Numbered from the stretch's first letter, positions 8,859 to 17,637 are shown. The stretch is 64,000 bases of DNA from an uncultured Candidatus Saccharibacteria bacterium (GCA_963522905.1 CAUQYS010000003.1:42845-106844); one strand, 5' to 3'. A program made the numbers and translations. The notes: generated by a model from the letters alone, not told the origin.

Positions 8859-11726
8859 GTGAAGATTAGACGTCAAAAACGTGGGATCGTCATGCGCATC
8901 GCATCGGTTGTGGCTGTGAGTGGGCTCGCTATAGGCGGGCTTTTTTATGGTCTCAACTCGGTGAACGCAGCCGGTCTGAATAAAAACTATAATTATATCA
9001 AGGCAAATTACGCTGTGCCGAACGCCAACGTAGCCTGGGTGTCGCCCAACGGGGACGACAACAAGGGTAACGGAAGCGAGTCAGCACCGTACAAGAGCTT
9101 TGGTCGCGCCGTCACGAAGATCGGCGACGGCGGAACAGTGGTAGCAAAGAGTGGTATCTACCGCGAGCCACACTTTTTTGTGACGAAGAAGAATGTCACT
9201 ATGCAGGCAGCACCGAACGCTGAGGTGTGGCTGAAGGGTAGTGATGTTGTAACCAACTGGTCGCGCGAGGGCAATACGTGGAAGGCCACCGGCAACTTCC
9301 AGAACTTCTGCCACGTCTGTACGACCAATATCAAGCCAGAAGTCGAAGGTATGGCTGCCTACCCAGAGCAGGTCTTTATTAATGACAAGCCACTGACGCA
9401 GGTGGGGAGCAAGGCTGAGGTCGGCCCAGGCAAGTTCTATGTGGAAGACGCCACTCAGACGACGCGTAGCGGTGGGCACTTCAACCCAGGCCGGCAAGAC
9501 ACCGTGAGTTACTACCTAGGCTCAGACCCAACGGCTGGCACAACGGAGATCTCGCAGCGCACTCGCGCCTTTACTACAACAGGCGAGAACTTCAAGCTGC
9601 AGGGTATTAATATTTCGCAATACGCACCTAACCAAACCTGGGGCTTTAAAGACCCACAGCTGGATGACAAGGCTGGGCCAATCGCTATCTCCATCAACGG
9701 GAAGAACTCGCTGGTGCAAGATGTGATCGTAGCGCAGAACTCGAACTCGGGGTTGTTCCTCGATAAAGCATCGGGCAGCGTAGTGAAGAACAGCCAATTC
9801 CTCGACAACGGGGGTAATGGTGCTGGTGCCAACCGCATCGAGAATGCGGTGTTTGAAAACAACACCTTTAGCAACAACAACGCCGCTGGCTTCGAAACCA
9901 ATGGTAGCTACTGTACCTCATGGTGTGGTATGGCCGATGTGAAGGTGACTCACGCCGAGAACTTCACCTTCCGCAACAACGTGGTGGATTACTCGAAGTC
10001 TGGCTCGACCAACTCCGACATCGCTGTGGCCAAGCGCCACCAGCTGCCAGGCTTCTGGTGTGATGAAGGATGTATTAACACCAACATCGTCAACAACTAC
10101 TTTACCAACGTCCAGATGGCGATCTTCTACGAGGTGTCGCACACTGGTATCATCGCTTCGAACATCATCGAGGGTTCGGGCTCTGGTATCTTAGTGTCGG
10201 GTAGCAGTAAGACGAAGATCTACAACAACTCTATCTCACGCACCGCCTACCCAATCCGCATCCGTGAGGATACCCGCAGCAAGGGTTGTAATGCCTACCA
10301 AGGTAGCACCTGTACTGCACCGGAGAGCTGGTCGCAGGCCAAAGGCCTGAGCTGGGATACAACAGGCACAGAGATGTACAACAACATCATCTCATCACGT
10401 GCCGCAACTGCCAAGGATGGCGATAGCCCATACTGGGCATACGGTGTCCGCACCAAGGGTGGTGCTAACATTGGCGGGCCAAAGGTTGGCACAAACGAGA
10501 TGTTTGCTGGCCTCGACTACAACGTCTACTACCGCAACGATACCAATGTCGACAAGACCGTCTTTACCTGGGACTTGGCTCAGACGGACGCGCCGATCGA
10601 CGTTCTCTTTAGCAAGACATCCGACATTGCCAAAGATGGCCGGGTCAGCAAGGCGATCGATGGCCTGGAGCGCAACTCGCTCGACCAAACTGGCTCACGC
10701 AGCGCCAACCCATTCTTCACCAGCGAAGCTGCGAACAACAACGACTACAACAAGAGTAACTACACCATCAAGGCTGGAAGCCCAGCTGCCAACAGTGGTA
10801 AGGAGCTGCCTGCCGACGTAGCGAAGGCAATCGACCCAAGCGGTGCAACCGTGAAGGCCGGCACCAAGGTGAACCGTGGTGCACTGGTCAACGCCAACAT
10901 GACTGGTGGCGAACCAAACATCAGCAGTAAGAGCAGTAGCACCCCACAACAAAATAACGCCAACGGTGCAACGACCAACGGGCAGGCAAACCCAAAAGCA
11001 CCGGGCATGGGCAGCGCCAGTAAAGCTGACACTGCTCATGCAGCCCAAACTGCTGAAGCCGACACCAAGAGTGACAACAGCACTGTAGCGGTCCCAGACG
11101 CCCATCTTAAGGCGGCAATCAACAAGCGCTTGTCTGAGACCCTTGGCGCACGCCGCAGTGCCTCACAGGACGTAACAGCAGGCGAGATGCAAAAGTTGAC
11201 TGGCCTGTCGCTCATCCTGCCGGGTGATGCAGCAGATGACCGCAAAGTGGCCGACCTGACTGGTCTTGAGGTGGCAACGAACCTCGACTGGCTGGCAATT
11301 GATGGCAACAAAGTGAAGAGCCTTGCACCGCTCGCCAAGCTAACCAAGCTGACTTCGTTGACCGCTCATTCCAACCAGATCGAGTCGCTTGACCCAATCG
11401 CTGGCCTGGCGAACCTCAAGCTTGTGATGGTCTCGGGCAATCCAATTACCTCCACCAAGCCGCTTGCTAAGCTTGCGCACCTCAAGCGGGTCTCGCTCTC
11501 GGGCAAAGATGGCTTCGTGCTAGACATTGCCGACGTTGCGGCCAGCAAGAGCAGCCTGGAGTCGCTCTCACTCTACGACTACAGCCGCAAGACCACACTG
11601 GCCAACGGTAGCCAACTAGCGACATTTGGCAGCCTCAAGAAGCTTCGCCTCACTGGCGTCAAGCTAAATGCTGCCGATAGCGCCGCCATTGGCACACTCA
11701 AACTCGAAAAGCGCCGCATAGACTAG
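8859..11726 (+). CDS. Secreted right-handed beta-helix (pectate-lyase-like) protein with C-terminal leucine-rich repeats
   Basis: 955 aa with a GTG start after SD GGGGAGG. Signal peptide IASVVAVSGLAIGGLFYGLNSVNAAG. PbH1-like repeats (NSGLFLDKASGSVVKNSQFLDNGGNGAGANRIENAVFENNTFSNNNAAGFE). A Ser/Asn/Ala-rich linker is followed by ~22-aa LRRs (LTSLTAHSNQIESLDPIAGLANLKLVMVSGNPITS). Confidence 0.7.
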   Translation: MKIRRQKRGIVMRIASVVAVSGLAIGGLFYGLNSVNAAGLNKNYNYIKANYAVPNANVAWVSPNGDDNKGNGSESAPYKSFGRAVTKIGDGGTVVAKSGIYREPHFFVTKKNVTMQAAPNAEVWLKGSDVVTNWSREGNTWKATGNFQNFCHVCTTNIKPEVEGMAAYPEQVFINDKPLTQVGSKAEVGPGKFYVEDATQTTRSGGHFNPGRQDTVSYYLGSDPTAGTTEISQRTRAFTTTGENFKLQGINISQYAPNQTWGFKDPQLDDKAGPIAISINGKNSLVQDVIVAQNSNSGLFLDKASGSVVKNSQFLDNGGNGAGANRIENAVFENNTFSNNNAAGFETNGSYCTSWCGMADVKVTHAENFTFRNNVVDYSKSGSTNSDIAVAKRHQLPGFWCDEGCINTNIVNNYFTNVQMAIFYEVSHTGIIASNIIEGSGSGILVSGSSKTKIYNNSISRTAYPIRIREDTRSKGCNAYQGSTCTAPESWSQAKGLSWDTTGTEMYNNIISSRAATAKDGDSPYWAYGVRTKGGANIGGPKVGTNEMFAGLDYNVYYRNDTNVDKTVFTWDLAQTDAPIDVLFSKTSDIAKDGRVSKAIDGLERNSLDQTGSRSANPFFTSEAANNNDYNKSNYTIKAGSPAANSGKELPADVAKAIDPSGATVKAGTKVNRGALVNANMTGGEPNISSKSSSTPQQNNANGATTNGQANPKAPGMGSASKADTAHAAQTAEADTKSDNSTVAVPDAHLKAAINKRLSETLGARRSASQDVTAGEMQKLTGLSLILPGDAADDRKVADLTGLEVATNLDWLAIDGNKVKSLAPLAKLTKLTSLTAHSNQIESLDPIAGLANLKLVMVSGNPITSTKPLAKLAHLKRVSLSGKDGFVLDIADVAASKSSLESLSLYDYSRKTTLANGSQLATFGSLKKLRLTGVKLNAADSAAIGTLKLEKRRID

Positions 11727-11766
11727 GTTCCTCCCCATCAGCCAAGTCTGGTAGCGTATACAAAAG

Positions 11767-11791
11767 GCCGAGCAGAAATGCTCGGCTTTTT
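11767..11791 (+). terminator. Rho-independent terminator
   Basis: Stem GCCGAGCA / TGCTCGGC with loop GAAA, followed by TTTTT. Confidence 0.9.
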
Positions 11792-12053
11792 GGTGTGAAA
11801 AAGAGTGCACTTCGAGCTGCTGGCGCGCTCTATCGTAGGCAATATTTTATACCCATGGCTGCTATAAATCATGCTATGAGGAGGTGTCTCTAGTTATTCT
11901 ACAGAAGCAAATGCGAGAGAAGCGATATGAGAATGACTGAGGTTTTGAGCCATAGGCATGGTGGATCCGTAATACTGCAAGGGCAAGAATTAAAACGAGA
12001 CGTGGGTCTAGTATTTCTAGGTATTTGCCAAATATGTATTCTATTCTTGTGTA

Positions 12054-12088
12054 ATAAAAAAACTCAGCATGCAACAACATACTGAGTT
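12054..12088 (-). terminator. Rho-independent terminator (minus strand) after tRNA-Arg
   Basis: Stem AACTCAG/CTGAGTT. The A7 run on plus is a T-run on minus. Confidence 0.65.
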
Positions 12089-12099
12089 AGTATTCTCTA

Positions 12100-12176
12100 T
12101 GGTACACTCGGCGCGATTCGAACGCACGACCTTTGGCTCCGCAAGCCAACGCTCTATCCAGCTGAGCTACGAGTGC
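12100..12176 (-). tRNA. tRNA-Arg, anticodon GCG by manual fold, CCA encoded
   Basis: The reverse complement reads GCACTCG TA GCTC AGCTGGATA GAGC G TTGGC TTGCGGA GCCAA AGGTC GTGCG TTCGAAT CGCGC CGAGTGT A CCA. It has a G1-U72 wobble and loop TTGCGGA, giving anticodon GCG. Confidence 0.85.
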
Positions 12177-12293
12177 ATACCTGGGAAACAAATGTTGCCC
12201 AGACCAAACTATAAGGTGCACTGGATGATACCAGATCGCTTATTATTGTAGCACAGAGGTGCGCTGAGGGCAAGATGCCCGTGGCCAAAACCG

Positions 12294-12929
12294 CTACTGC
12301 AGCCGCAGGTAAATAATCAACCGCTCAAGCAAGTCGGGCTTGCGCTCGCTCATTGGGAGGTGAGAGGCGATGAGATCAACGAGTTGCTCGCCCACATCCT
12401 CGGGGAAGTACATGACGATAGGCATAGCGAAGCGTTTACGTGGGATGAGCGTGATCCAATTCTGCGTGGGCTTGGCAGTAACGCTAAAGGAGCGGAAGGT
12501 GTCGTACGAGTAAGTCCGCTGGCCCACCACCACCTCGGCGTGGCTAGCGCTATAATTCAGTAGGGCAGCTGGCCGCTGCAGCGAGACGATCAATGCCACC
12601 GCCATAATGGGAATGAGCAGCGCAAAGGTGTAGGACTTAAACAAAAAGATCGAAATTGCGAAGAGCACCACCACAACCACGCCAAAAATCACATACCAGC
12701 CACGGGGGCGGGTGGTATCATTTACCTCGCGCTCTTGCCAGATGAGGAGCGGCTCGGTGGGGTCGGGGAAGGGCGAAACCTGCGACGAATTGCTATTGGC
12801 TTCACTCGGCCCACGGCGAATCTCGAGCGGTGGGTTGGGCTCATCAGTAGCCTGCGTCTCAGCACGAGTGGTGCGCGATGGGTCGGCGGCATCTGAGGAT
12901 GATGACTGATCGAATTGCGATGGCTGCAT
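12294..12929 (-). CDS. Hypothetical membrane protein (two central TM helices)
   Basis: Trimmed to ATG 12927-12929 (MQPSQFDQSSS...), because TGcTATACT lies 6 nt upstream (leaderless). TM helices are WYVIFGVVVVVLFAISIFLF and FALLIPIMAVALIVSL. Confidence 0.55.
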   Translation of the reverse strand: MQPSQFDQSSSSDAADPSRTTRAETQATDEPNPPLEIRRGPSEANSNSSQVSPFPDPTEPLLIWQEREVNDTTRPRGWYVIFGVVVVVLFAISIFLFKSYTFALLIPIMAVALIVSLQRPAALLNYSASHAEVVVGQRTYSYDTFRSFSVTAKPTQNWITLIPRKRFAMPIVMYFPEDVGEQLVDLIASHLPMSERKPDLLERLIIYLRLQ

Positions 12930-13107
12930 ATGTTTAGTATAGCATAGAGTAGAACTCAGGGCATACTCCATCGGATAAGAATGGTAGAAAAATAAGATAA
13001 AGAAAGATGAAGATGAATTTTTGAGATCTGGGCTATGTGGCGATTTGATTCAATATAAAATACCCTCAGTAACACACCTGCTACCGAGGGTTCGAGTAAG
13101 CCCAACA

Positions 13108-13196
13108 TGGCGGAGAGAGTGGGATTCGAACCCACGGTAGGGGGTGCCTACGCCGGTTTTCAAGACCGGTACCTTCAACCACTCGGTCATCTCTCC
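13108..13196 (-). tRNA. tRNA-Ser (anticodon TGA), CCA encoded
   Basis: The reverse complement reads GGAGAGATGACCGAGTGGTTGAAGGTACCGGTCTTGAAAACCGG...GTGGGTTCGAATCCCACTCTCTCCGCCA. Anticodon loop is CTTGAAA. Confidence 0.9.
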
Positions 13197-13206
13197 AGTC
13201 TCGCTT

Positions 13207-13215
13207 ATTATAGCA
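13207..13215 (-). promoter_or_regulatory. Extended -10 promoter (TGcTATAAT, minus strand) for tRNA-Ser(TGA)
   Basis: The reverse complement of ATTATAGCA is TGCTATAAT, 10 nt upstream of the tRNA 5' end. Confidence 0.6.
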
Positions 13216-13356
13216 TGAGATGGGATAGGGTAAAAGATGGGGTGACTAACTTTTGCGTAAGCCCTGGATATTATCCTTATCCCCCTTGTTCTGCAGAGCC
13301 GAAACATTGTTCCTTCTCTCCAATGTTGATTATAGATGGGGCAATACCACAACGAC

Positions 13357-14037
13357 TTACGTAAACGGCTGATGGGCCACCACCACTGCAATAACCTGCC
13401 GTGCACCAGCAGTGCGGAGGCAACGCGAAGCATAGCGGATCGTTGCCCCCGTTGTAGAAATGTCATCGATAAGGCAATAGGTGACCTCTGATGAGAGTGT
13501 GCGGGGGCAGGTAAATGCCTGGCGGGCTTGCTGCTGGCGCTGAGTACGACTGCTCCCTAGCTGCACACTGTGCTGAGCGCGCGTGAGGACTGGCTGGCAG
13601 GGCAGGGCACGCCGCTGCGCAAAGGCCTGCGCAAGCAACCGGCAGTGGTCATACCCGCGCTGGCGCTGGTGTGCCGGAATGGTTGGGATGGGTACGATGA
13701 TGGTATCGGCTGGTAGTGGCGGCGTAACGGCATCGAGCAAGCCTGCCAGGGTGTGCTGAGCCGCCTGGGCACGCTCAAACTTGTAGCGGTCGATCAATCG
13801 CTCTAGCGCGCCCTCACGCTGCAGGGCACACCAGGCAGCCGCATAGGGCAGCGAGCAGGTTTGGCACTGGCCAGACAGGGTAGGTTGGCCACATTCGAGG
13901 CAACGGTAGAGCGGGTTGCGAATGATGTCGTTTTTACAATTATCACAGAGTAGTGTCCCAACGATGTTGCAACCACAACAGGTATGCGGAGCGAGGAGGG
14001 TAGCAAGATAGGTCGGTATTGTGATTTTTACACTCAT
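13357..14037 (-). CDS. comF: ComF-family protein (phosphoribosyltransferase domain with N-terminal Cys-rich zinc-finger-like region)
   Basis: Trimmed to ATG 14035-14037 (MSVKITIPTYL...). Cys clusters CCGCN...CDNCKN and CLECGQP...CQTC. PRTase motif YCLIDDISTTGAT. SD GGAGAGG lies upstream. Confidence 0.8.
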   Translation of the reverse strand: MSVKITIPTYLATLLAPHTCCGCNIVGTLLCDNCKNDIIRNPLYRCLECGQPTLSGQCQTCSLPYAAAWCALQREGALERLIDRYKFERAQAAQHTLAGLLDAVTPPLPADTIIVPIPTIPAHQRQRGYDHCRLLAQAFAQRRALPCQPVLTRAQHSVQLGSSRTQRQQQARQAFTCPRTLSSEVTYCLIDDISTTGATIRYASRCLRTAGARQVIAVVVAHQPFT

Positions 14038-14142
14038 GAGGCCTCTCCGGTTGATTATACGCCATTGATTAGCTATAATAAATCCAGACTGTTGTCGAAA
14101 TGGTAATTGTGAATTAGCAAAAGAAAGTATGTGGAGGAAACT

Positions 14143-14667
14143 ATGGCCCGGAGTCAAGATGATGATCTTTTGATCGGTGATGAGCTTGCGGCAGCATTTT
14201 TGGAGGGTGATGACTCGCTCGCGCCAGCTGCGCCAACTCACCAGCCGATGAATCACGCCCAAGCAAACCCAATGCCTGCCCAGAGTCAGCAGAGCCAAAC
14301 TTCGCCATGGGGCGAAGAGCCTGCCCAGAGCGAAGAGGACTACACTGGCCAATTGGCAGTCGATGTGTACGAGACCGAAACACAGCTCGTGGTGAAGGCC
14401 CGCACCGCTGGAGTAAACCGCGAGGAGCTAGATGTGAAGATCAATGACGGGCTGTTGACAATCGTTGGCACCCTAAGCAGTGGTGACGACACCGTAGCCA
14501 CCAAATGGCACAACCAAGAGTGCTACTGGGGTGAATTTAGCCGTACGCTGGAGCTGCCCGTAACGGTACGTGAGGATGAGACGACTGCCGTGCTGAAGGA
14601 TGGCGTACTGACCATTACCTTCGAGAAGGTTAAGCAAGAGCAGGCTAAGAAGATCCCGATCCTGTAG
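14143..14667 (+). CDS. Hsp20/alpha-crystallin family small heat-shock protein
   Basis: ATG 14143 lies 7 nt after GGAGG. Alpha-crystallin domain: LAVDVYETETQLVVKARTAGVNREELDVKINDGLLTIVG...FSRTLELP...AVLKDGVLTITF. Confidence 0.85.
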   Translation: MARSQDDDLLIGDELAAAFLEGDDSLAPAAPTHQPMNHAQANPMPAQSQQSQTSPWGEEPAQSEEDYTGQLAVDVYETETQLVVKARTAGVNREELDVKINDGLLTIVGTLSSGDDTVATKWHNQECYWGEFSRTLELPVTVREDETTAVLKDGVLTITFEKVKQEQAKKIPIL

Positions 14668-14695
14668 AGAAGGGAAAACGAGCTTTGAGATAATG

Positions 14696-14719
14696 ACCCC
14701 GCTGATGCGGGGTTGTTTT
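14696..14719 (+). terminator. Rho-independent terminator
   Basis: Stem ACCCCGC / GCGGGGT with loop TGAT, followed by TGTTTT. Confidence 0.85.
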
Positions 14720-15051
14720 GTGCTACGGGTAGCTAATAAGGTCTTTCATGGTATTCTTGTCTTATATATTCTTATTTCGTTTAGTAGAGCGTGAATATTG
14801 GCAATCTGGGGCTGGTAGACGGCACTCTAAGAGGTTAGCGCTGTAGTAATCGGAGAAGAGGGTTTCAGATGGAATTTCTTAGCTAGAGTAGAATAGTATG
14901 GCTAGTGCTACGCAAAAACGGCTAATATTAGACATCTCTGCAGTAAGAAGAGACAAGATTTCTTGCACGAGCGTCAACAAGCATATTCCTAACGAAAGTA
15001 CCACCCTGCGAGAGGGTGGTATAAGAGAGCCAATGAAGAAAGGTGGTTGTG

Positions 15052-15492
15052 TTATTGCCCTTGGTTGGCACCGATATTGACGACGACGAAGTTGACGAGC
15101 GCGTAGGCGATGATCGCAACGACAAGACCAACGATGGCGTACATGATGGTGTTCTTAGCGCCAGTAACGGCATTTGAGTCACCATTTGATACGGTATAGC
15201 GCACACCGCCGATGACGATCATGATAACAGCGACTGCACCAACGATGAAGAGGATCACGTTGACGACAGTTTGAAAGATACCAGTGCCTTCAGTACAGCC
15301 TTCTTTTTCGCTACCAAAGAGACAACTTACTTGGTCGTTCCCCTTAGCAGAGCCAACTCCCTTCCTGAGGCCAAGACCGTTGTCGGATGCAGCTGCTGCG
15401 CCAACGTGTGGAGCTACCAGCCCAGCAACACCTGCAGCTAGCACTGGCACGGCGAGGAGTGTAAGCATAGCTTTTTTGATATTGATTTTCAT
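15052..15492 (-). CDS. VirB2/TrbC-like pilin-like protein (array member 6)
   Basis: Signal peptide MKINIKKAMLTLLAVPVLAAG and Cys pair CLFGSEKEGC. Module: ILFIVGAVAVIMIVIGGVRYTVSNGDSNAVTGAKNTIMYAIVGLVVAIIAYALVNFV. Confidence 0.75.
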   Translation of the reverse strand: MKINIKKAMLTLLAVPVLAAGVAGLVAPHVGAAAASDNGLGLRKGVGSAKGNDQVSCLFGSEKEGCTEGTGIFQTVVNVILFIVGAVAVIMIVIGGVRYTVSNGDSNAVTGAKNTIMYAIVGLVVAIIAYALVNFVVVNIGANQGQ

Positions 15493-15649
15493 TGTCGTAT
15501 CCTTTCTATTGGCGTTAGTACTGTCTTGTACTACCTGTACTATCTATATATACCAAAAATTTGCCAAAATGTTAAGAGCTAACGGAGAAAATTACCGAAA
15601 AAGAGCCTATTTTATTGCAGAATGCAAGCAAAGTAAATGATAGTGGTAG

Positions 15650-16102
15650 TTAGACGTAATTATATTGGGCGGTTGGAGTGGATTGGCCACCACCACTCAC
15701 GAGGTTATCAACGACGAAATTGACCATGGCATAGGCGAGAATAGCCACAACAAGGCCGACAATAGCGTAGAGAATGGTATTTTTGGCACCCTGGATGCCG
15801 TTTGAGTCGCCGTTAGATGTGGTGTAGCGAATACCACCGATGACGATCATGACGACGGAGATAGCGCCGAGGGCAAAGAGCATGATGTCGATGATGCTTT
15901 TGATAGCTGAGCCGATGGTTATTTGGTTGCTGTCTCCACCAGCACCCTTGATGCCTTCCTTAACCTTTTCCTTTGCCGTAGTGCTTGCCGCAAAGGTGTT
16001 GATGGGTGATGGCGCTGCTGCGCTGATCGATGGGGCAATGGCACCAGCTACAACAGTGGAGCAGATGCTTGCGCTGAGAAGTATTTTTGTAAAGGTATTC
16101 AT
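15650..16102 (-). CDS. VirB2/TrbC-like pilin-like protein (array member 5)
   Basis: Signal peptide MNTFTKILLSASICSTVVAGA. Module: IMLFALGAISVVMIVIGGIRYTTSNGDSNGIQGAKNTILYAIVGLVVAILAYAMVNFV. SD GGGAG lies upstream. Confidence 0.75.
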   Translation of the reverse strand: MNTFTKILLSASICSTVVAGAIAPSISAAAPSPINTFAASTTAKEKVKEGIKGAGGDSNQITIGSAIKSIIDIMLFALGAISVVMIVIGGIRYTTSNGDSNGIQGAKNTILYAIVGLVVAILAYAMVNFVVDNLVSGGGQSTPTAQYNYV

Positions 16103-16118
16103 GGTGGTTGTATCTCCC

Positions 16119-16547
16119 TTATGTTATCGATATTCTATCAGTAATCCAATTTACTATACCATAGGCAAGTATAGCAATGACAAGACCTGCTACTGCATAG
16201 AGGATAGTGTTGCGAGCGGCCTTAACTTTCTGTGGGTCGCCATCAGCTAATGTAAAGCGAAAGCCCGCATAGACAATCATAAGGGCAGAGACGCCACCAA
16301 GAACAACGAGGGCAATGTTAATGCCACGTGTGACGATGACCATTGGAGTGAGAGCACCACCTTGTGCACTTGAAGTTACCGCATGGCAGCCATCGTTACC
16401 ATCACCGTCGGTAGCTAGATCGCAGGCATTATCAGTCTTGAGTTCTCCTGTGACGTCAACACGGGCAAAGGCGGAGGGTGAATAGGTAAGACCGAGCAAC
16501 AGGGCTGTACCAATAAGACAGAGTGTGCGCTGTAGAGATAGCTTCAT
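16119..16547 (-). CDS. VirB2/TrbC-like pilin-like protein (array member 4)
   Basis: Trimmed to ATG 16545-16547 (MKLSLQRTLCLIGTALLLG...). Cys pair NACDLATDGDGNDGC. Module: INIALVVLGGVSALMIVYAGFRFTLADGDPQKVKAARNTILYAVAGLVIAILAYGIVNWI. The start shares one nt with the upstream stop (TGATG). Confidence 0.7.
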   Translation of the reverse strand: MKLSLQRTLCLIGTALLLGLTYSPSAFARVDVTGELKTDNACDLATDGDGNDGCHAVTSSAQGGALTPMVIVTRGINIALVVLGGVSALMIVYAGFRFTLADGDPQKVKAARNTILYAVAGLVIAILAYGIVNWITDRISIT

Positions 16548-16837
16548 CAAAAGACTCCATTTAGAACAGTATTGGTAATGACAAAAGCGAGAAGAACAAC
16601 AGCGAGACCAACAATGGCACCAAGCAGGGTGTTCTTGGCGCGACTTACTTGGCTTGGGTCGTCTTGTGACACGGTATACATAAAACCCGCTACAATAATG
16701 ACGATAACTGCAACCACCCCGGCCCAAATATAAGCAGTGTTAAGGACATTTTGAAGAATGCTTGAGTTATCCGCGGAGCTTTGGTATTTGATATCTTGTG
16801 CACTAACACCTTTGAGGGCTGAGAATATAGGCCACAT
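16547..16837 (-). CDS. VirB2/TrbC-like pilin-like protein lacking a signal peptide (array member 3)
   Basis: 96 aa. Contains ...AYIWAGVVAVIVIIVAGFMYTVSQDDPSQVSRAKNTLLGAIVGLAVVLLAFVITN. The ATG directly follows the stop of 16838..17242 (TAAATG). Confidence 0.65.
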   Translation of the reverse strand: MWPIFSALKGVSAQDIKYQSSADNSSILQNVLNTAYIWAGVVAVIVIIVAGFMYTVSQDDPSQVSRAKNTLLGAIVGLAVVLLAFVITNTVLNGVF

Positions 16838-17242
16838 TTAGATAACTCCCGCTACCATATCAACAATTGCTGCTGCTGAGATTGCAATAACGAGACCAAT
16901 AAGAGCATCGCGGATCGTGTTCTTTGCTTTAGCCATTGCATCGGGGCTGCCTGTACTGACCATATACATATAGCCACCCTTAATGATAAACCCAACGGCA
17001 ACATAGGCAACGATAACCATTGCAGCCTGAAGGATATTGAGGGCAATTGTGAGGATCATCGTCTGGATGTCGGTCGTTTGGATCGAACTGCAATCGTTCG
17101 AGTCTTGGAGACCACGGTACCAAGCGGGCATACCAAGGAAGTTGGGTGGTGAACAGGGTGCAGCAGCGTGCGCTGGAGTAGCAGACGCAAAGGAGAGTAT
17201 GGTGGCAACAGCAAGCCCAAAAACAGCAAGACGGCGAATCAT
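16838..17242 (-). CDS. VirB2/TrbC-like pilin-like protein (array member 2)
   Basis: Signal peptide MIRRLAVFGLAVATILSFASATPAHA and Cys pair (PCSPP...NDCSS). Module: ILQAAMVIVAYVAVGFIIKGGYMYMVSTGSPDAMAKAKNTIRDALIGLVIAISAAAIV. ATGA overlap with the upstream gene. Confidence 0.65.
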   Translation of the reverse strand: MIRRLAVFGLAVATILSFASATPAHAAAPCSPPNFLGMPAWYRGLQDSNDCSSIQTTDIQTMILTIALNILQAAMVIVAYVAVGFIIKGGYMYMVSTGSPDAMAKAKNTIRDALIGLVIAISAAAIVDMVAGVI

Positions 17243-17637
17243 CGGATAATTCCTCCTGGCACAAGGAAGTTAAGCGCAATACCCATAACTGCATATGCCA
17301 AAATACCAATGACAACATTAGTGATAACTGTCTTGGCTTGGGCTGTTTTGTTGGCATCACCGCTAGCAGTTGAGTAGAGAATACCAGCGTAAATAAGCGC
17401 GCCAACGGCCGCAATGCCAACGCCGACATTCATGATTCTGAGAACGCCAATGAGTAGGCTAGAGATGTTGTCATCTCCCTTATCTTTTGGGTTAGCCTCT
17501 TGGGAACAACTTACGCCTGTGAAGTCAATAATCCCGCAGCCACTGCCTGTTGCCATCACCTGCACTGGCGCAGCAATACTACCGGCAAACATCGCCAGCA
17601 CTGCACCAAGGCCCAAGATTAATCGCTTATATTTCAT
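17239..17637 (-). CDS. VirB2/TrbC-like pilin-like protein (array member 1)
   Basis: Trimmed to ATG 17635-17637 (MKYKRLILGLGAVLAMFAGS...). Cys pair GCGIIDFTGVSC. Module: LLIGVLRIMNVGVGIAAVGALIYAGILYSTASGDANKTAQAKTVITNVVIGILAYAVMGIALNFL. Confidence 0.65.
   Translation of the reverse strand: MKYKRLILGLGAVLAMFAGSIAAPVQVMATGSGCGIIDFTGVSCSQEANPKDKGDDNISSLLIGVLRIMNVGVGIAAVGALIYAGILYSTASGDANKTAQAKTVITNVVIGILAYAVMGIALNFLVPGGIIR

Noticed and set aside
13357-14352. N-terminal extensions of track ORFs: comF 13357..14352, HIT 6710..7288, pilin 16119..16727, pilin 17239..17736, and 7511..8050.
   Set aside because: The extensions overlap tRNAs or neighbouring genes. They lack signal-peptide or family-like sequence. 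Internal ATGs have proper SD or -10 elements, so shorter starts were used.
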